Shown here in pieces: positions 1-9,316 of a stretch of DNA of 64,000 nucleotides. The notes beneath the pieces were generated by a model. That model saw nothing but the letters and a program-made list of their open reading frames with translations, searched no databases and was not told the DNA's origin. Location: the IMG/VR virus record IMGVR_UViG_3300044568_002523; one strand, 5' to 3'. This DNA is from a virus. The stretch's first letter is position 1; each line of letters starts with the position of its first letter. The translations under genes and the position numbers were made by a program.

Positions 1-148
1 ATTAACAGTATTCTCACCAACATTTATGTTGTTTGGAACTCCACTATGGATTAGTTGGTTTTTTGATGGTATTTTATCATCCGGAGCGGTTTGGGCAATC
101 AATGCGGTGGTAGAATGGTTTGAAGAAAATAGACCAACAAAAAATTAA
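1..148 (+). CDS. 3' end of a gene starting upstream of the window (hydrophobic C-terminal part)
   Basis: Open frame 2 from window edge to TAA at 146-148 (…WISWFFDGILSSGAVWAINAVVEWFEENRPTKN*). The next gene starts 4 nt downstream. Confidence 0.3.
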   Translation, partial: LTVFSPTFMLFGTPLWISWFFDGILSSGAVWAINAVVEWFEENRPTKN

Positions 149-151
149 GAT

Positions 152-667
152 ATGAAACAGACATTAGGTGAATTTGTAATTAAGTTTTTGAAAGATAAAA
201 CTGAGACGAGAAAAATAATTAAATGTGATGATTTTTTTCAACTAATAAATGATATGGGACTGAATGATGATAATGATGAAGTTATCGATATTATTGATTA
301 TTTAGACAATAATAATATTGATATAAATTTCCATAATGCTAAAACCGGCGATTTTTATAACAGATTTAGAAATATTGAAAAGAAAGTTCAGTTGTCTAAA
401 ATGTTGAATGGTACCGAACCGGAAGTTAAAAAATTGATTGAAAAGGTTGATTCTATAAAAGTTCAAGAGAGACCTGATTGGTTAGACTATTATAGAAATG
501 ATGATGAAGACACAACACCTATTGTGACTTCAGAAAGAGATAGAAATTTAGGTCAAGACATTATTGATAGACTGACTAATGAGGTTAAGGAACGAATTAA
601 TAGTGAACCGGGGATTACTTTAGATGAAATACGAGAACAAATGAATCAAGAAATAAATAACAATTAA
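152..667 (+). CDS. hypothetical acidic protein
   Basis: 171-aa ORF with no competing frame and tight spacing to neighbours. Confidence 0.55.
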   Translation: MKQTLGEFVIKFLKDKTETRKIIKCDDFFQLINDMGLNDDNDEVIDIIDYLDNNNIDINFHNAKTGDFYNRFRNIEKKVQLSKMLNGTEPEVKKLIEKVDSIKVQERPDWLDYYRNDDEDTTPIVTSERDRNLGQDIIDRLTNEVKERINSEPGITLDEIREQMNQEINNN

Positions 668-680
668 ATAAATAACAATT

Positions 681-938
681 ATGCCAAAGTCAAAATTACG
701 TGGTGGTGCAAAGGCACACAAAACAAGAGTAACACACAGAAACAACACAATTAGAGGATTAAAGAAAAAAGCTCAAGCGGAGTATCAAGAAATGTTTGAA
801 AAAACTATGGAAACTTTGAAGGCTCAATACCAAGATGAGAACGGTGAAACAACTGATTTAAACACAGAAGTTGTTGGTGATGTGACCGACATAAATGTAA
901 CCGATGCTAAGGTTGTAACACCTGAAGTTACTGAATAG
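681..938 (+). CDS. hypothetical protein with basic N-terminus and acidic C-terminus
   Basis: 85-aa ORF. Lys/Arg-rich N-terminal third (KSKLRGGAKAHKTRVTHRNN). Confidence 0.5.
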   Translation: MPKSKLRGGAKAHKTRVTHRNNTIRGLKKKAQAEYQEMFEKTMETLKAQYQDENGETTDLNTEVVGDVTDINVTDAKVVTPEVTE

Positions 939-950
939 TTAAAATAACAA

Positions 951-3317
951 ATGGATTTATTTAATCCCCCAATAGAATTTAATTATACAATAATGGAAGA
1001 CATAAATATTGTAAACTTGGATAATCCTTACCTACAGGTTGTATGGGAGGATTATGCCGAGAATTTTACACAAGAAAAAATAAAGAGTGTTCGTCATTAC
1101 TTCCAAAAGAAGTATGATACGACCAACGTCAATGTAATTACAAAGACAAAGGTTGCTCAGGACACCATACATACCGTAGACATTTCCTTTAACATCTTGG
1201 ATGAGAATTACCAATTGGAATTGGTTCGTTCATTCTTGGAGTCAAAAGGGAATATGGAACACTACGATGATATCTACCAACTTAATAGTGTGGTGGATAA
1301 CAAATTGTTATTGGACCAAACAGATGCGGCACCATTCAAAAGATGGTACATCAAGAACATTGAGTTCTCAAACTTCCTATCCTATGGTGAGAATCAGAAG
1401 ATAGATTTTGAGAAGTGTGATGGGATTACGGTTGTGGAATCAAACCCACCTAATTTTGGTGGTAAGACAGTTCTTACAGTGGATTTACTTATGTTCTTAT
1501 TCTTTAATGAGACAACCAAGACATCCAAAGCTGAGGAGATATTCAATAGGTTTACAGAAAGAAACAAAGTTGCCGTAAAAGGTGAGATTACAATCGATGG
1601 TGAGGAGTATATCTTACTGAGAAACATTGAGAGAAAGTTGTCTAAGAAAAATGAATGGAATGTTAAAACCGAGTTGGACTTCTATAAGAGATTATCTGAT
1701 GGTAGTTTACAGAACTTCACCGGGGAACAAAGAAGAGAGACCGAAGCGTTTATCAAAACGTCTATTGGTACCAAAGAGGATTTCTTAATGACAATCCTGA
1801 CAACAGCCACCAACTTGGAAGAACTAATTGACTCTAAACCTACGGCAAGGGGTCAAGTTCTTTCAAGATTTATGGGGTTAGATTTCCTTAAACGTAAGGA
1901 AGAGGCGGCCAAAGAAATCTATAGTGACTTCTCCAAAGGTATGTTATCAAACATTTATAGTTCGGAACAACTTAAAACTGATAACCAAACTAGTAAGGAA
2001 ACTATTGATACCTTAACAGAAACTAATGTTACATTAAATGGTCAGTTGGATGATGTTAAAGGTAGAATTACCAAAGGTCAGGAGTATCGTGATGGGTTGT
2101 TGAAATCCAAACACAATATTGATAATGAATTAATGATGGTTTCTCCGGACAAAGTCCAAGAGGAGATTCTTGGGATAGGAACCCAAAAATCCAAAGCTAT
2201 TTCTGATAGAGATGGGGTTAAGGTTGTTGAACCATCTGAGTTCTATCACGAAGACCAACACGACAAGGTTAAACAGGAGATTAAAGATTTAATGACCCAA
2301 CAAGCGGAGAACAACGCCAAGATTAAAAGTATTGAGGAATTGAAGAGTTCGGTTGATGGTGGAATCAAATGTGAACATTGTGGTATTGAACTGATGAACG
2401 CTGCGATAACCAATGCTAAAATTGGGGAACTTGCTGGTTTTATCACGCATAAAGGTCAATTGGAGGGGTTAATGCAGGATTTAACCGGCAAAGAGTTAGG
2501 TTTTGTGAACCTTAAAAAAGAGTTTGATGAGTATGAAAAGAATAAACTTATCAAAGAGAAATATGAATTAAGTGTTGAACGTTTCCAATTAATGATTGAT
2601 GCGTTGAAAACCAAATTGGAAAGATATTCTGAAGTTCAGGATAAGATTATTGAAAATAACAAGACAGATGGGTTGTTGATTAAAGCGGCGATTAGAATTG
2701 ATGAACTTGAGGGTGAGAAGAAAACTATTGAAACTAGTATCTCAAACAATAAGTTTACAATGACTAACCTTACGACCAAGATAACTTCTAACTTGGAAAC
2801 AATTAGAAAGATTGCGGAAGAGGCGGAGAGAGAAAGAATCTACAAAATCTATTTGGAAATCTTTGGTAAGAATGGTGTGACCAAACTTATAATGAAGACG
2901 ATGATGCCACTTATCAATAGTGAACTTCAAAGGTTATTGGAAGACAGTTGTCACTTCAGATTAGAGGTTAAGATTAACGATAAGAATGAAGTTGACTTCC
3001 TTATGATAGACAACAACACTCAAGTTGAGAAACCAATGTCGTCCGGTTCCGGGTATGAAAGAACAATTGCCTCACTAGCGTTAAGAGCCGTGTTGAGTAA
3101 GATATGTTCTTTACCAAGAGCCAACGTTGTTGTGTTTGATGAGGTCTTTGGAAAGATATCCAACGACAACTTGGAAATGGTATCGGAGTTCTTTAGTAAG
3201 ATTAAAGAATATTTTGAAAAAATATTTGTTATTACACACAATCCATTAGTGACAAATTGGGCTGATAACGTGGTGAGAATTAGGAAAGAAGAAAATATTA
3301 GTTATGTTTCCCAATAA
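951..3317 (+). CDS. SbcC/Rad50-like SMC-family ATPase (T4 gp46-like recombination/repair ATPase)
   Basis: 788 aa. N-terminal Walker A (NPPNFGGKTVLTVD), long central coiled-coil-like region, C-terminal signature-like SSGSGYER and Walker B/D-loop (VVVFDEVFGKIS). Confidence 0.75.
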   Translation: MDLFNPPIEFNYTIMEDINIVNLDNPYLQVVWEDYAENFTQEKIKSVRHYFQKKYDTTNVNVITKTKVAQDTIHTVDISFNILDENYQLELVRSFLESKGNMEHYDDIYQLNSVVDNKLLLDQTDAAPFKRWYIKNIEFSNFLSYGENQKIDFEKCDGITVVESNPPNFGGKTVLTVDLLMFLFFNETTKTSKAEEIFNRFTERNKVAVKGEITIDGEEYILLRNIERKLSKKNEWNVKTELDFYKRLSDGSLQNFTGEQRRETEAFIKTSIGTKEDFLMTILTTATNLEELIDSKPTARGQVLSRFMGLDFLKRKEEAAKEIYSDFSKGMLSNIYSSEQLKTDNQTSKETIDTLTETNVTLNGQLDDVKGRITKGQEYRDGLLKSKHNIDNELMMVSPDKVQEEILGIGTQKSKAISDRDGVKVVEPSEFYHEDQHDKVKQEIKDLMTQQAENNAKIKSIEELKSSVDGGIKCEHCGIELMNAAITNAKIGELAGFITHKGQLEGLMQDLTGKELGFVNLKKEFDEYEKNKLIKEKYELSVERFQLMIDALKTKLERYSEVQDKIIENNKTDGLLIKAAIRIDELEGEKKTIETSISNNKFTMTNLTTKITSNLETIRKIAEEAERERIYKIYLEIFGKNGVTKLIMKTMMPLINSELQRLLEDSCHFRLEVKINDKNEVDFLMIDNNTQVEKPMSSGSGYERTIASLALRAVLSKICSLPRANVVVFDEVFGKISNDNLEMVSEFFSKIKEYFEKIFVITHNPLVTNWADNVVRIRKEENISYVSQ

Positions 3318-3321
3318 AATC

Positions 3322-3354
3322 AGTACCTGCCAGTTGACAGGTACTTTTTTTTTG
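3322..3354 (+). terminator. rho-independent terminator
   Basis: Perfect 8-bp stem AGTACCTG/CAGGTACT with 8-nt loop, followed by T9. Confidence 0.8.
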
Positions 3355-3386
3355 ACTATATTTTTATTATAAAAGTAAATATAAAA

Positions 3387-3968
3387 ATGATGAAAAGTAA
3401 AAATTTAATTGAAAATGTAAAAACAATAACGCTTGAAAATTCTAATAACATTTGGATAAATTCCCCTTTTGAATTTTTAAGAACAACATTAACTTCCGAT
3501 GAAAGGGGTAAGTGGGGTGAAAATCTTGCATATGAGTTAATAAAAGGATTAACTGATTATGAGGTTATTTGGGATGGTGATAGAAATATAAAACGTAAAG
3601 ATGGGTCTATTTATGATATATTAGTTAATAATAAACGTGTAGAAGTTAAAACCGCGACTAAAGGAAGTAAAAATGATGTTTGGCAACACGATAATATATA
3701 TGAAGAAAATGTATGGGATACAATACTATTTATTGATGTAAATTTATTTGGTATTTATTTTACAATAATGAATTATTCTGATATACCTTTTGGCACAGAT
3801 AAACATAAAATACTTAATAAACAATCAACAAGACATCTTAGTGCTTGGAAATTTGATTTAACCATAAATCAAATTAAAATTTTAGAAAAAAACAATATTT
3901 CATTCTATTATGATTACAATAATCCTGATGAAATTAATTTTAGAAAATTCCTAACTAAACTTAGTTAG
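3387..3968 (+). CDS. putative PD-(D/E)xK nuclease (candidate restriction endonuclease partner of the adjacent methyltransferase)
   Basis: 193 aa. D…EVK motif (DGSIYDILVNNKRVEVKTA) resembles the PD-(D/E)xK core. Convergent with the methyltransferase gene, with a 4-nt overlap. Confidence 0.4.
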   Translation: MMKSKNLIENVKTITLENSNNIWINSPFEFLRTTLTSDERGKWGENLAYELIKGLTDYEVIWDGDRNIKRKDGSIYDILVNNKRVEVKTATKGSKNDVWQHDNIYEENVWDTILFIDVNLFGIYFTIMNYSDIPFGTDKHKILNKQSTRHLSAWKFDLTINQIKILEKNNISFYYDYNNPDEINFRKFLTKLS

Positions 3969-5026
3969 GAATTTTTTATTCCATATTCTGTGATTGATTT
4001 CTCAATTAAATCAAATCTTATATTAAAGGCTCCATTAGTTGAACGAAAACTAGAATCTGACCAATTAATTGTTTTAAAAGCCGCCATTACTCTTTCATAA
4101 TCTTTTAAAATTATGATACCATATCCTCTTCTTTGAGGTAAGTCTTCAAAGTTTTCATATAATTTCATATTTTCAACACCAAAACAAGTTGTTGGTAGAT
4201 ATAAATCACATTTGTATAACATTTCTTTATTTCTTGTGGTTCCCGGAGTACCTCCATCCGAAACTGAATATATTTTAATAAAATCAGAACAACTCAATTT
4301 GTCGTTATCTAATTTAAAATTTTTAGACCATATTTGAAAAACAACATTAACAATAACATTACTACCATCAGGGTAGTAAAAATCCGGTTTAATTTTTTCA
4401 GAATGAATTAAATTCATACCTTTTACTCTACCTTTACAACTACCTTTACCATCACTATCAAAAAGTTGAGGAACAATAAACGCGACGAATTCTGAAAATT
4501 GGGATGAATGGTTAATAAACCTTAATGCTAAATTACCTCTTAATCCGAAAGGAGGGTTACCAACAGTAACGTATTTTTTTAATTCAGAAGGGTTCCATTT
4601 TAAAAAATTACCTATTATGATACCTTCTGATTTAGGTTCAATATCTAAACCTATTCGTCTATCTTCCGGTAATTCATTATAAAAACTCCCATCACCTGCT
4701 GATGGCTCAATAAACGTGTATTCAGATTCGTTAACATCTAATTCTTTTAATTTATTATTTAGAACGGATAAACAATAAATCACAGTTTCTTTTGAGGTAA
4801 AAAATTGGTCCTTCTCTTGTACGGAAAATTTGCTATAATCTACATCTACTTCAAGTAAATTACACAAGTCAAAAAAATAATATTTAGGGACATTTTTAAG
4901 TAATAGCCATCTATTTATTGTATTTTTATTTACTTGCATTTCATCAACTAAATGATTGATTCCGTATTTTTCTAGTGACATTAAAAATAAGTCATATATG
5001 TTTTCTATATTGTATTTCATATCCAT
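3965..5026 (-). CDS. N6-adenine DNA methyltransferase, gamma-class (NPPF type)
   Basis: 353 aa. Motif I FIEPSAGDGSF followed by motif IV VGNPPFG. Confidence 0.7.
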   Translation of the reverse strand: MDMKYNIENIYDLFLMSLEKYGINHLVDEMQVNKNTINRWLLLKNVPKYYFFDLCNLLEVDVDYSKFSVQEKDQFFTSKETVIYCLSVLNNKLKELDVNESEYTFIEPSAGDGSFYNELPEDRRIGLDIEPKSEGIIIGNFLKWNPSELKKYVTVGNPPFGLRGNLALRFINHSSQFSEFVAFIVPQLFDSDGKGSCKGRVKGMNLIHSEKIKPDFYYPDGSNVIVNVVFQIWSKNFKLDNDKLSCSDFIKIYSVSDGGTPGTTRNKEMLYKCDLYLPTTCFGVENMKLYENFEDLPQRRGYGIIILKDYERVMAAFKTINWSDSSFRSTNGAFNIRFDLIEKSITEYGIKNS

Positions 5027-5145
5027 AAATATATGTAAAAAACCTTTAAAATCAATATGTTACAGTGTGTTTTGATATATTGATTTTTCTTATTTTTTTC
5101 TATTAAAAATTAAAAGAAAATCTTTTAATAATATTTAAGAGTAAT

Positions 5146-5177
5146 TTTGATTAATTAAATTATTTGGGTTATCTTTG
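5146..5177 (+). promoter_or_regulatory. Bacteroidetes-type sigma-A promoter (-33 TTTG, -7 TATCTTTG)
   Basis: TTTG at 5146-5149, 20-nt spacer, TATCTTTG at 5170-5177, about 30 nt upstream of the ATG at 5209. Confidence 0.55.
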
Positions 5178-5208
5178 TAACATAATATATAACTTAAACG
5201 TATAACGT

Positions 5209-5784
5209 ATGAATGGATTAACCAAATACATTTTATTTGTCTTCACAAAGAATGACAACCCAAAAGAATTTACAGAACAAATTGCGGAAGAATTATGTGT
5301 TATTTCCGATACACCCAATCTTAACTTTTATTTCGGACCGGAGTCATCTGTGTTTACAATCTCAACATTAGATTCCCATCAAGATGTAAAAGATTATGTT
5401 GATATGATTTTAGGTGTGGGTGATATTATGTATGTTCTATTACCTTATACATCTGACAATTTGTCATATGGTCTACCTAAAAAAATATCAGAACACCTTT
5501 TTAACGACGGTATTAGTGACTTTATGTCAGAAAAATCTAAACTTTCTGATAAATCTGAATTTGAGGTACGAAAAATGATGCAAGACAAAATCCGAGATAC
5601 TTTTAATTTAAACATTGAAAACTTTGATTTTGAATATGATGAAGATGAGTGGTCTGACATTGATGAAATTAAAAATAAACAACGTAGTCCATCTTTAGAT
5701 GAATTACTTGAAAAAATAAAAGAAAAAGGGTTAAATTCGCTGACGGAAAAAGAATTAACACAACTAAACAAATACTCAAATTAA
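5209..5784 (+). CDS. hypothetical protein
   Basis: 191-aa ORF. The antisense ORF at 5445-5771 is judged spurious. Confidence 0.55.
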   Translation: MNGLTKYILFVFTKNDNPKEFTEQIAEELCVISDTPNLNFYFGPESSVFTISTLDSHQDVKDYVDMILGVGDIMYVLLPYTSDNLSYGLPKKISEHLFNDGISDFMSEKSKLSDKSEFEVRKMMQDKIRDTFNLNIENFDFEYDEDEWSDIDEIKNKQRSPSLDELLEKIKEKGLNSLTEKELTQLNKYSN

Positions 5785-5785
5785 T

Positions 5786-6586
5786 ATGAAAGAAAAAAGC
5801 TCAGGTATTCCAATTAATCAAGAAGAGATTAACTTGTATTTAAAAGATATTCGTAAGATTAAAGTAATGACCCCCGAGAGAGAACGAGAACTTTCCAAAA
5901 TGATTAGTTCCGGTACTTTAACACCAAAACAAATTGAAGAGGTGCATCAAGAACTATTGGAGGGTAATTTACGTTTTGTTATTACGGTTGCAAAACAATA
6001 TCAGAATCAAGGTTTGGATTTCCCCGATTTAATTTCTGAAGGTAATTTAGGGTTGATGAAAGCCATTCAAAATTTTGATTGGTCGAAGAACCTTAGATTT
6101 ATTTCCTATGCCGTGTGGTGGGTTAAACAATCCATTCTCCAATCATTGAATGATAATGCTCGAACAATCAGACTACCGGTTAATGTGGTTCAGGATTTAC
6201 ATAGAGCGAAGAAGGCAATCGAATCTAATGGTGGTAAGTTGGAGGATAAGTTCCAAAACCTACCTTCAATGATTGACTTGGATATGAGTATCAACGAAGA
6301 TGGTGATACTCTTGTTGATATTATTAAAAATGACCAAGCGGATATGCCTGACGAGGCGTTTGACACTAAAGATGAATTAAAAAAACAATTAATCTCTTTA
6401 TTAAATGTGTTGGATGAAAGGGAAAAGGTTATCATTGAAGACTATTATGGTCTTACCGGGACACCAAGAACCCTTGAGGATATTGGTAGTGATTTTAATC
6501 TAACAAAGGAACGTGTTAGACAAATCAAAGAGAAAGCCTTACGAAAATTAAGGAACGATAGTTCAGTATTATATGATTATATGTAA
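5786..6586 (+). CDS. sigma-70 family RNA polymerase sigma factor (phage-encoded)
   Basis: 266 aa. Region 2 (LISEGNLGLMKAIQNFDWSKNLRFISYAVWWVKQSI) and region 4 HTH (TLEDIGSDFNLTKERVRQIKEKALRKLR). Confidence 0.8.
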   Translation: MKEKSSGIPINQEEINLYLKDIRKIKVMTPERERELSKMISSGTLTPKQIEEVHQELLEGNLRFVITVAKQYQNQGLDFPDLISEGNLGLMKAIQNFDWSKNLRFISYAVWWVKQSILQSLNDNARTIRLPVNVVQDLHRAKKAIESNGGKLEDKFQNLPSMIDLDMSINEDGDTLVDIIKNDQADMPDEAFDTKDELKKQLISLLNVLDEREKVIIEDYYGLTGTPRTLEDIGSDFNLTKERVRQIKEKALRKLRNDSSVLYDYM

Positions 6587-6594
6587 AAAGTTTA

Positions 6595-6628
6595 GAACCT
6601 TCTATTTATTATAATAGAAGGTTTTTTA
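6595..6628 (+). terminator. rho-independent terminator
   Basis: 9-10-bp perfect stem GAACCTTCTA/TAGAAGGTT followed by T6. Confidence 0.75.
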
Positions 6629-6656
6629 CTTTTATGATAAACTTAAAACAAAAATT

Positions 6657-6926
6657 ATGAAAGGAATATTAAATTTTATTGATGCTTGGGGAGTTAGAAT
6701 AATGTTTTTACTTGTAGTAATCATTTTCTTCAAAACCTGTACAACTAACACAAAGGTTCAAAATGTGAATGATAGTGTTGATTCATTATCGGTTAAACTT
6801 CGTAAAGAAATAAAAGTTGAAGGTCTTAAATCTGAGAAAAGAGCTATTCAAGCATCTGATAGAAAAATATTAGATGTTAATAGACAAACTGAGATTGACC
6901 AAGAAATATCTAAATTAGAAAAATAA
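6657..6926 (+). CDS. small single-pass membrane protein (holin-like candidate)
   Basis: 89 aa. One TM segment (IMFLLVVIIFF) followed by a charged tail. Lies upstream of the membrane protein and amidase. Confidence 0.4.
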   Translation: MKGILNFIDAWGVRIMFLLVVIIFFKTCTTNTKVQNVNDSVDSLSVKLRKEIKVEGLKSEKRAIQASDRKILDVNRQTEIDQEISKLEK

Positions 6927-7729
6927 TGAAAAAAATATGGAATTGGGTGATTGAACATCCAAATAGGGCTATGTTCTTAGTCCCAATCTTATTGGTTGCG
7001 GGAATATCAATATCACACGTTGTTTCTTGGTATAATTTAGCGAACCCTATCAGTTGGGCAATTTACTTATCTATTGCAATTGAGATTGGCGCTATGACTG
7101 CATTGGTTGCGGCAACTAATAAAATTAAAGGTGGTGTTTGGTTTATGTTTGGATTAATTACATTCATTCAAATGATTGGTAATATCTTTTTTTGTTATAA
7201 AGAAATTGATGAAACAGGTGAATTATTTAAATCTTGGATGGAACTAACCGGACCGGTGTGGGAGATGTTAGGTTCAAAGGCAAATGATGTAATTGCGATG
7301 AAAAGATGGTTAGCGTTCTTAGAAGGGGGATTACTTCCAATTATCTCATTAACATCTTTACACTTCTTCACCAAATATGATGATGGTAAAACTGATATTG
7401 ATGAAGTAAAAGAGATAATTAAAGAAGTTATTGTGGAAAAAGAGGTTATTAAAGAAGTGCCGGTAGAAGTTGAGAAAATTATTGAAGTTCCGGTAGAAGT
7501 TGAGAAAATTGTTGAAGTTGAGAAAATTATTGAAGTTCCGGTAGAAGTTGAAAAAATTGTTGAGGTAATTAAAGAAGTCCCTGTTGAGGTTGAAAAAATA
7601 GTGGAGAAGATAATAGAGGTTCCTGTTTATCAATCAGAATCTGTCGACATTCAAAATGAATATGTTAGTCCGGGAATGGACACACACGAACCACCACGTC
7701 CAAATAGGTTAAGTTACGTTAAACCATAA
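6926..7729 (+). CDS. multi-pass membrane protein with C-terminal EVPVEVEKI tandem repeats
   Basis: 267 aa. About four hydrophobic segments, then 7-8 in-frame copies of (I)EVPVEVEKI(V/I). Start overlaps the previous stop (ATGA). Confidence 0.6.
   Translation: MKKIWNWVIEHPNRAMFLVPILLVAGISISHVVSWYNLANPISWAIYLSIAIEIGAMTALVAATNKIKGGVWFMFGLITFIQMIGNIFFCYKEIDETGELFKSWMELTGPVWEMLGSKANDVIAMKRWLAFLEGGLLPIISLTSLHFFTKYDDGKTDIDEVKEIIKEVIVEKEVIKEVPVEVEKIIEVPVEVEKIVEVEKIIEVPVEVEKIVEVIKEVPVEVEKIVEKIIEVPVYQSESVDIQNEYVSPGMDTHEPPRPNRLSYVKP
7455..7627 (+). repeat. in-frame tandem repeat (about 27-33 nt units encoding EVPVEVEKIIE)
   Basis: Repeated gaagttccggtagaagttgagaaaatt units seen directly in the sequence. 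Confidence 0.8.
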
Positions 7730-7747
7730 AAAATTAATCTATGTGGA

Positions 7748-8344
7748 ATGATAGACATAATTAAATATGGTGAGTTCAAACCTGTTGGAAAACAAAAGAA
7801 AAAACACCAAATCATATTAACACACACATCAAGAAACATCAACGATTATCTTCAGTCGTTGAAGTTTCGTTTTAATGGGGATTTCAAAAGAATCCCCAAT
7901 TACATTATTACCCGGGAGGGTAAAATTTTACAATTATTGGGAAATGCCGAATACTCGGAATACTTCAAAGAACCCAATATAAATCATAATTCGATTATTA
8001 TATCATTAGAAAATTTAGGTTGGTTACAAAAAGAACCGCTAACTGACTATTACATTAACTGGATTGGGGATATTTATAAAGGTAATGTGTTTGAAAAGAA
8101 GTGGAGAGATTACTTTTTTTGGCAACCATATACTGAAGAACAAGTTAAAAGTGTATCTTCTTTATGTAAAAAATTGTTAAAAGATATTAAAATTAAATCA
8201 CAGATTGTTGAGCATAATACAAAAATTGTCGGTATTGAAAAATATGTTGGAATCGTATCTAAAAGTAATTTTGATATGAATTATACAGATTTAAGTCCGG
8301 CTTTTAACTTTAATGAACTATTAAAAAATATAGAAAATGAATAA
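7748..8344 (+). CDS. N-acetylmuramoyl-L-alanine amidase (Amidase_2 / T7-lysozyme-like endolysin)
   Basis: 198 aa. ILTHTS, YIITREGKILQLL and NHNSIIISLENLG match the T7 lysozyme/PGRP zinc-amidase motifs (HxS…, YHFII.RDG, NHNSIGV). Confidence 0.65.
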   Translation: MIDIIKYGEFKPVGKQKKKHQIILTHTSRNINDYLQSLKFRFNGDFKRIPNYIITREGKILQLLGNAEYSEYFKEPNINHNSIIISLENLGWLQKEPLTDYYINWIGDIYKGNVFEKKWRDYFFWQPYTEEQVKSVSSLCKKLLKDIKIKSQIVEHNTKIVGIEKYVGIVSKSNFDMNYTDLSPAFNFNELLKNIENE

Positions 8345-8960
8345 TTCACACGATGAAATTAAAAAATTATTAGAAGCTTCAAGAAAATTATTAAATAATG
8401 ATAATATTAATGAAGATATCCGTAAACAATATGGGTTATTAACTGAACAAGGTGTTGATTTAACAGGTGATAATGTAACTAAAAAAATTAACGTTGCTAA
8501 ATCAGTTGAGGACACTATTGATTATGAAACTGCGGACACTGATGGTAATGGGTTTGATGATGAAGAAGAATCAGGGGATGATAAGACTCAAGGTTACAGA
8601 ATCTCCGGTGGTATATTAGTATTACACGGAAAAGAACAAACAGATTTAGAGTTAACGACTGATGAGAAAATTGCGTTTCAGGAAACTATGGACGAGTTTG
8701 TTAGTGAAGTATCTGATATGGTAGATTTTAATAAATTAAACGTTTACTCAAATAATGTTGATTGGTCCGGAAAACTTATAGAATATGATATTGATTTTTT
8801 CTTTTCAATTGGTGAAGAAAATGGTGTATATATTAACGGTGAAATGTTAAAAACTGACAATGAATTTTTAAATTTACTTAACAAGTTAAAAAATTATTAT
8901 GAAAAGTTTAAATCAAAATGGGCTAAAATATTATCATCAAGAAAAAAAACTGAGAAATAA
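8337..8960 (+). CDS. hypothetical acidic protein
   Basis: 207-aa ORF overlapping the previous stop by 8 nt. Confidence 0.55.
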   Translation: MNNSHDEIKKLLEASRKLLNNDNINEDIRKQYGLLTEQGVDLTGDNVTKKINVAKSVEDTIDYETADTDGNGFDDEEESGDDKTQGYRISGGILVLHGKEQTDLELTTDEKIAFQETMDEFVSEVSDMVDFNKLNVYSNNVDWSGKLIEYDIDFFFSIGEENGVYINGEMLKTDNEFLNLLNKLKNYYEKFKSKWAKILSSRKKTEK

Positions 8961-9316
8961 TGAAAGATATTGTAAGTAATAATAAACAGAATATATTATT
9001 GATAATCGTTATTGTGTTAGCGGGATGGAATATTTTTACAACCAATGGGATTAAAACTGATGTTAAATCATATAAAGATAAAATAGAATCTATTCAAACT
9101 GAGATTGATTCTGCTAAAGCGGTTAATGAAGGGATTAATGTTAAAATTGATTCTGTAAAAGGTAATGTGGTTAAAATTACAAAGGAAATTCATCATATAG
9201 ATAATAATATAACAATAATTAAAAAACAAACAGATGAAAAAGTTAATAGTGTTGACACTCTTACTGCTAACGAGCTTGAGCAGTTTTTCACAAACAGATA
9301 CGACAAAACCAATTAA
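8960..9316 (+). CDS. N-terminal TM plus coiled-coil protein (i-spanin-like)
   Basis: 118 aa. TM segment ILLIIVIVLAGWNIF followed by a heptad-rich domain. Confidence 0.45.
   Translation: MKDIVSNNKQNILLIIVIVLAGWNIFTTNGIKTDVKSYKDKIESIQTEIDSAKAVNEGINVKIDSVKGNVVKITKEIHHIDNNITIIKKQTDEKVNSVDTLTANELEQFFTNRYDKTN

Noticed and set aside
1032-3241. Short ORFs antisense to or out of frame within the SbcC-like gene (1032-1214, 1201-1404, 1394-1627, 2246-2446, 2742-2930, 3020-3241)
   Set aside because: They lie entirely inside a long, motif-supported coding frame and have low-complexity composition typical of AT-rich alternate frames.
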